Shown: positions 58,833 through 64,000 of the stretch, piece after piece
Layout of the letters: every line of letters begins with the position of its first letter
Numbering within the stretch: position 1 is the stretch's first letter
From: Trueperaceae bacterium
GTDB lineage: Bacteria; Deinococcota; Deinococci; Deinococcales; Trueperaceae
Length of the DNA: 64,000 nt
NCBI GenBank assembly: GCA_965215565.1
Contig: CBDCDZ010000004.1
Coordinates: 3,968,001 to 4,032,000, forward strand
Direction: 5' to 3'
Position numbers and translations under genes: made by a program
The notes under the pieces: model-generated
Database searches by the model: none
Told to the model about the DNA's origin: nothing
Seen by the model: the letters and a program-made list of their open reading frames with translations, nothing else

Positions 58833-59585
58833 CAGCTCCAACACCTCAGGCAGCAGCGTTCGCGTAGTGCTCAGCGCCTCGTTCCCATAGATCGTCTCGT
58901 TGCCCGCCCAGTCGCCGAAATAGCCACCTGCCTCACGCAGCAGTACGGGGAAGGGTCCGCAGTCCCAGGCGTTTATGACAGGGTCTAACATCAGCTCGAC
59001 GCGCCCCGTCGCCACGAGCATGTGTCCGTAAGCGTCGGACCAGCCGACGCGGTACGCCGCCGTATGATGGATACGCCCCCAAGACGCGCCGCGCCCGTAG
59101 CGCTCGAAGTTGCCCATATCTGTAAAAGAAACTGTACTCTGGGCGAGCGTCTGCGTTTGCGCCACCCGCACGCGCCGCCCGTTAAGGTAACAGCCTTCGC
59201 CCGTCGCGGCGTACGCCATTTCGCCCAAGGCCGGGAAATAGGCGACGCCCACCTCCACCTTGCCTTCGATCTCCAAACCCATCAGCACCCCGTAGAGCGG
59301 CACGCCGCGCACGAACGACTTGGTGCCGTCGATGGGATCGAGCAGCCAGCGGTGACTTTTACCTTCTTTCTCTGCAAATTCCTCGCCCAAGATGCCGTGC
59401 TCCGGGTACGCCTTTTCGATGCGGCGGCGCATCAGTTCTTCAGCTTGGCGGTCTGCCACCGTCACAGGCGTCTCGTCCTCTTTTAGCTCACTCTGGACGC
59501 CCCGGTTGAAGTAGCCGAGCGTGAGTTGTCCAGCTTCGTGAGCGGTCTCTACGGCGAAGTCTAAAAAGTGGCGTAAGGGTGCCAT
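58821..59585 (-). CDS. Inositol monophosphatase family / histidinol-phosphatase (HisN-like)
   Basis: PVTVADR, GEE, WLLDPIDGTKSF, WD. Confidence 0.88.
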   Translation of the reverse strand: MAPLRHFLDFAVETAHEAGQLTLGYFNRGVQSELKEDETPVTVADRQAEELMRRRIEKAYPEHGILGEEFAEKEGKSHRWLLDPIDGTKSFVRGVPLYGVLMGLEIEGKVEVGVAYFPALGEMAYAATGEGCYLNGRRVRVAQTQTLAQSTVSFTDMGNFERYGRGASWGRIHHTAAYRVGWSDAYGHMLVATGRVELMLDPVINAWDCGPFPVLLREAGGYFGDWAGNETIYGNEALSTTRTLLPEVLELLSG

Positions 59586-59594
59586 GAAGTCTCC

Positions 59595-61043
59595 CTACCT
59601 AAGGACGCCTCGAGCCGATTCCCCAACCGACGACTCAAAGACGCGCTCGTACAGCTCTTCGAACCTATTATACGCTTCCCCTAGCCTCGACTGTTCGTTC
59701 GGTTTGATGAGCGCGTCTTTCGTCACCTTTAAGGGCAAGTCTTCGCCTTGCGACAGCGCCGCCAAGCGCGCCGCGCCGCGCACCGAGGCGTCGGGGAGGG
59801 TGACGGGCGCTAAAGGGACGCCGAGCACATCCGCTAGGAGCTGTTGCCACTGCGCCTCAGTGGTCCCGCCTCCTGCCAACCGCAACTGCTCAACGTCCGT
59901 CCCCGCTTCGCGGAGCGCCGAGAAGCCGTCTTTGATGGAGAAAGCGACGCCCTCCAGGGCGGCGCGGGCGAAGTGTTCTTTGCCGTGACGCCGCGAGGCT
60001 AAGAGCCAGCCGCCGCGCGCGTCGGGGTTGAGGTGCGGCGTCCGCTCACCAGTGAGGTAGGGCAAGAAGGTGAGCCCCTCCGCGCCGGGCGGGGTGCGCT
60101 CAAATGCACCGTACATCTCCGCCCAACTTAGACCGAGCAGCGTTCTTGCCCACTCGAGCGCCAAGCCCGCGTTTTGGAGCGCCGCCATCTTGTACCAACC
60201 CTCCTTAGCGGTGCGAAAGAGGTGGACGCCGCGCCCCGGTGCACCTCTAGGCTCGTCTGTTAGGGCGACGAGCTGAGCGCCGCTCCCCACCGTGAGCTGC
60301 GCCTCACCCCCTGAAAGCCCGCTGCCGAGAATCGCCGCCGCTGTGTCCGCCGCGCCGGTGGCGACGGGGAGGTGAGCCCCTAGTCCTAGCGCCTCCGCCG
60401 CCTCCGGCGAGAGCGTGCCCGCTATCTCCGCTGAGCGCCTCAGCGGAGGCAACAGTTCCGGGCGGAGCCCCAAAACCTCTAAAAGCTCCGTCGCCCAGCA
60501 GTCCTGAGCGACGTCGTAGAGCAACGTACCCGACGCATCCGAGGGCTCGCTCGCCGCCGCGCCCGTCAAGCGGAGCCGGAGCCAGTCTTTGGGTTGCAGC
60601 GCCCAGCGCGCCTCTGCGTACGCTTCCGGCTCGTGTTCGCGCAGCCAGAGCAGCGTCGGTCCCGCCATCCCCGCGACGAGCGGGTTGGCGAGGGCGTCTC
60701 GCTGCGTTTGGGGGAGCTTGCGGTAAGTGTCAAGCTGCGCAGCGCTGCGACCATCTGACCAGAGCACGGCGGGGCGAAGAGGCGTGGCGTCCTCGCGGGT
60801 CAGCACGACGCCGTGCATCTGCCCCGAGAGTCCAACGCCGCGGACCTCTTTACCGCGCTCACCGGCAGCGTCATGCACAGCCGCTATAGCAGCGTCCCAC
60901 CACGCCGCCGGGTCGCTCTCCGACCAGTTTTCATTAGGTGCCCGCACGTCGTAAGCTGCACGCCCTTCGCCTAGCGTGTCACCGTCCTCGCTCAAAAGCT
61001 GCGCCTTGAGCGAGAGCGTTCCTATGTCGATTCCGAGCCACAT
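59595..61043 (-). CDS. xylB: Xylulokinase (FGGY family)
   Basis: LGIDIGT, GLSGQMHG, W.DGR, SDASGT, PYLTGERTP, GGG. Confidence 0.85.
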   Translation of the reverse strand: MWLGIDIGTLSLKAQLLSEDGDTLGEGRAAYDVRAPNENWSESDPAAWWDAAIAAVHDAAGERGKEVRGVGLSGQMHGVVLTREDATPLRPAVLWSDGRSAAQLDTYRKLPQTQRDALANPLVAGMAGPTLLWLREHEPEAYAEARWALQPKDWLRLRLTGAAASEPSDASGTLLYDVAQDCWATELLEVLGLRPELLPPLRRSAEIAGTLSPEAAEALGLGAHLPVATGAADTAAAILGSGLSGGEAQLTVGSGAQLVALTDEPRGAPGRGVHLFRTAKEGWYKMAALQNAGLALEWARTLLGLSWAEMYGAFERTPPGAEGLTFLPYLTGERTPHLNPDARGGWLLASRRHGKEHFARAALEGVAFSIKDGFSALREAGTDVEQLRLAGGGTTEAQWQQLLADVLGVPLAPVTLPDASVRGAARLAALSQGEDLPLKVTKDALIKPNEQSRLGEAYNRFEELYERVFESSVGESARGVLR

Positions 61044-61127
61044 AGCTTAAATTACCACCGCCTAAATCGCCCCAGTCCAAGTCATCACAGCCTAAATCAC
61101 CCCGCTTAGAGACGTTTGCATTTCTGT

Positions 61128-61286
61128 TAGCAGTTCCACGACATATTGAGACAGTTGAGCGCAGATCTCTGTCCGCAAGGACTAGCGGGATTTCATCCCT
61201 TGAAGTGCGTGCTAGTTACGCAAGTTTGCTGCCTAGCAACATCGTTTTACAAAGTGCGAGTGTCTCTGACCAGATGATACCTGCTA
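61128..61286 (-). mobile_element. TAGCAG element, copy 10
   Basis: TAGCAGTTCC...GTCCGCAAGGAC...GTGCGTGCTA...CCAGATGATACCTGCTA. Confidence 0.78.
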
Positions 61287-61409
61287 TGTATGTCCACTTC
61301 AGACGGTGAGCTTGACATCTAACACGCCCGCGCACACCGCCTTACTGATTTGCTACAACGGCTCGAGATAGCTATTCGTAGCGATCACTCCGACAACTCG
61401 AGGGAACGC

Positions 61410-62822
61410 TCACGCGGTTCCCTCGGCGCGCTTCATGCCGAGCTTGCGCCGCATTTCCTCCAAAGGCACCCCCATCGTCTCCGGCATGACGAGCAGCACC
61501 CACAGAAGCTGCAGCACCATGAAGCAGAAGAAGATGGCGAACGTCCCCGCCGTGGACCAGCCGACAAGGGCTGGGAAGAAAAGCGAGACGACGAAGTTCA
61601 TCGCCCAGTGCGTAAACACCCCCAGCGACTGACCACGCGCGCGCACCTCGTTCGGGAAAATTTCACTGATGAAGACCCAGATGACCGCACCTTGACCAAA
61701 GGCGTGTGCGCCGACGAACAACATGAGGCTCACCAGCACGAGCGTGTCGGCGTTGCCGATGGCGGCGGTGGCTTGCGCCGAGCCTCCTTGAGCCTGCTGA
61801 AAAAGCTCCCCGAACCGAAAGAACGCATACGTGACCGTTCCTAGGCTGAGCAAGTAGCCTACCGAACAGACCAACATCAACTTGCGCCGCCCGAAGGAAT
61901 CGATGATCGCCATCGCCGCCGCCGTCGCGACGAAGTTCGCTCCGCCGATGAGCACGGTGTTGAGGAGCGCCGCGTTCTCGCCCGCGCCCGCTAAGGAGAA
62001 GATGCGCGGCGCGTAGTAGAGCACCGCGTTGATGCCCGAGAGCTGGTTAAAGAGCCCGATGGCGATGGCTAGAAGAATCGGCGTTCGGTACTTAGCCTGG
62101 AACAGGGGAACGCGCCCACCACCCGTCTCTTCGTCTAGCTCGCGCTGAATCTTGTCGATCTCCTCGTCGGGGGTGCCCTCATCGGTGCCGGTACGCTCCA
62201 TGATTTCGCGGGCTTCGTCCTTGCGACCGTTCGCCACGAGCCAGCGCGGGCTGTCGGGTACGATGAAGAGAAAGCCTAGAAAGAGAATCGCGGGCACCGC
62301 CTCGACGCCGAACATCCAGCGCCAGTCGGAGGGACCCAGCCCCAGCGAGCCGATGACATAGTTCGAGAGTTGCGCGATCAAGATGCCGACGACAATGTTG
62401 AACTGAAAGGTCGCGGTCATACGCCCTCGGTACTGGGCTGGCGACAACTCGGAGACGTACATGGGCGCGACGACAGCCGCGCCGCCGACACCGATACCCC
62501 CGATGAAGCGGAACACGATGAACACCCACCAGTTCCAAGCTAGGGCGCTGCCGAGCGCACTGACGAGAAAGAGAAGCGCCAGAACGTAGAGCATCGCGCG
62601 CCGTCCGAAGCGGTCCGCCGGGGCGCCTGCGGTGAGCGCGCCGAGGATAGTGCCGACTAAAGCGCTCGAGACCGTAAACCCGAGCCAGAAGTTAGACAGC
62701 TCGAAGACGCGCTGCAAGTCGTCGTTGGTGCCGGAAATCACGGCGGTGTCGAAGCCGAAGAGCAAGCCGCCCAGCCCGGCGATGAGCGCGCAAGTGAGCA
62801 CGTAACGCTGCTGCGCGTTCAT
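61410..62822 (-). CDS. Sugar porter family MFS transporter
   Basis: GGLLFGFDT, DRFGRR, PDSPRWL, QLSGINA..YY, SEIFP, PET. Confidence 0.95.
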   Translation of the reverse strand: MNAQQRYVLTCALIAGLGGLLFGFDTAVISGTNDDLQRVFELSNFWLGFTVSSALVGTILGALTAGAPADRFGRRAMLYVLALLFLVSALGSALAWNWWVFIVFRFIGGIGVGGAAVVAPMYVSELSPAQYRGRMTATFQFNIVVGILIAQLSNYVIGSLGLGPSDWRWMFGVEAVPAILFLGFLFIVPDSPRWLVANGRKDEAREIMERTGTDEGTPDEEIDKIQRELDEETGGGRVPLFQAKYRTPILLAIAIGLFNQLSGINAVLYYAPRIFSLAGAGENAALLNTVLIGGANFVATAAAMAIIDSFGRRKLMLVCSVGYLLSLGTVTYAFFRFGELFQQAQGGSAQATAAIGNADTLVLVSLMLFVGAHAFGQGAVIWVFISEIFPNEVRARGQSLGVFTHWAMNFVVSLFFPALVGWSTAGTFAIFFCFMVLQLLWVLLVMPETMGVPLEEMRRKLGMKRAEGTA

Positions 62823-63185
62823 GAGACAAACCGCGCGCCAGATAACGGCGGTAAAATGATGAGCGTCTGTATCATGGTCTCCCCGTCCTTTTGGTCCGCT
62901 TCCATGCGTCTCACTATCATCAGCGTGTATTTCGTGTTTTCGGTACGTTCTGCCGCACTATAGACCTTGCTAGGCGACAAGTGCAACCGTTTTTGCTCGA
63001 GGTGTACAAACCGGCCTAGGAATGCGCTGTAAGAAGTGTTCAACCGAGCGAATATAGCAGTTAACACAAGTGCTGAGCGTGAATCACACAAGTATCATCG
63101 CAATTAAGTGAGTGCTCGAGCGTGTTTTCTCTTCTCAGATTGGCTCAAACCAAATGATACTTGCTACAGTCGTTCATCTCGCGCT

Positions 63186-63962
63186 TCAGACCACGCTCAT
63201 CCCTCCGTCCACCCCCACAACCTGCCCCGTCATGAACGCCGACGCATCCGAGGCGAGCAGCACCGCCACCCCTTTGAGGTCTTCAGGTCCCCCGACACGC
63301 CCTAAAGGTGTCGCCGCTTCGATAAGGTCTCCCCCCGCCTCCAACGTCCCCTTCGTCATCTTCGTGGGAAAGAACCCCGGTGCGACGGCGTTCACCGTAA
63401 TCTTGTACTTCGCCCACTCCGCCGCGAGCGCCCGCGTCAGGTTAACAAGACCCCCTTTTGAGGCGTTGTAAGCCACCGTGCCGGTCATCTGCGGGTGATT
63501 GCCCTGCAACCCTGCCACCGACGCGACGTTGACGATACGCCCTCCCTTGCGCGGAATCATCGAGGCGACAGCAACCGCTTGGCAGAGCGCGAAAGCGGCG
63601 GTGAGGTTGAGGTCTAAGACCTTACGCCAAGCGTCTAAAGGGTGTTCTTCAGCGGGTGCGCCCCAAGTCGTGCCCGCATTGTTGACCAAGATATCTATTC
63701 GTCCCCACTCGTCCATGATTTGCCGAACGAGCGTTTCGGGCGCGTCTCGCTGTGAGAGGTCAGCGGGGAGAGGTAGAACCTCCGCGCCCTGAGCGCGCAA
63801 CCTCTCGGCGGCCTCATCTAGCTGCGCCGCCTTCCGCGCAGTGAGAACGAGTTTCGCGCCCTGCTCGGCGTAGGCTTCAGCGATTTGTAGACCTAGCCCC
63901 CTCGAGCCGCCCGTAATCAGCGCGACACGTCCGGTAAGGTCAAAAAGCTCTTTTACGCTCAT
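63186..63962 (-). CDS. SDR oxidoreductase (gluconate 5-dehydrogenase-like)
   Basis: TGGSRGLG, NNAG, YNASKG, NAVAPGFF, VDGG. Confidence 0.92.
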   Translation of the reverse strand: MSVKELFDLTGRVALITGGSRGLGLQIAEAYAEQGAKLVLTARKAAQLDEAAERLRAQGAEVLPLPADLSQRDAPETLVRQIMDEWGRIDILVNNAGTTWGAPAEEHPLDAWRKVLDLNLTAAFALCQAVAVASMIPRKGGRIVNVASVAGLQGNHPQMTGTVAYNASKGGLVNLTRALAAEWAKYKITVNAVAPGFFPTKMTKGTLEAGGDLIEAATPLGRVGGPEDLKGVAVLLASDASAFMTGQVVGVDGGMSVV

Positions 63963-64000
63963 GGTGTTCCTTTCGGGAAGAGTAGTGAGTTGAAAGCAAC

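Overview
64-kb chromosomal window from a GC-rich bacterium, most likely Deinococcota (Trueperaceae-like). This is inferred from many leaderless genes, three Uma2 genes, the tpiA-Xaa-Pro peptidase pair and heavy CTCGAG iteration. It holds about 63 mostly metabolic, stress or envelope genes and two tRNAs (Asn-GTT, Pro-CGG). The genes include SRPBCC x2, a Zn-ADH, SodC, an ABC exporter, KptA, a photolyase, a paa operon fragment, an SSS symporter with a sugar-binding protein and 2 USPs, three coiled-coil lipoproteins before an RND pump, IlvE, PPC-repeat lipoproteins, TruA, a LOV-GGDEF-EAL protein, XylB and a sugar porter. There are two pseudogenes (hicA and a PPC-repeat lipoprotein). No transposase, integrase, CRISPR array or prophage was seen. 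The most unusual signals are: (1) four co-oriented mini-cassettes in the first 8.3 kb, each a near-consensus promoter, ~45-55 nt and an intrinsic terminator; (2) ten copies plus a fragment of a modular TAGCAG...CTGCTA MITE/REPIN-like element, two of them bracketing tRNA-Pro in inverted orientation and one inserted between the paa promoter and a PaaR-like operator; (3) HIP1-like CTCGAG over-representation; (4) an orphan sugar-binding protein paired with an SSS symporter. All product calls come from motif recognition by eye; no database search was run.
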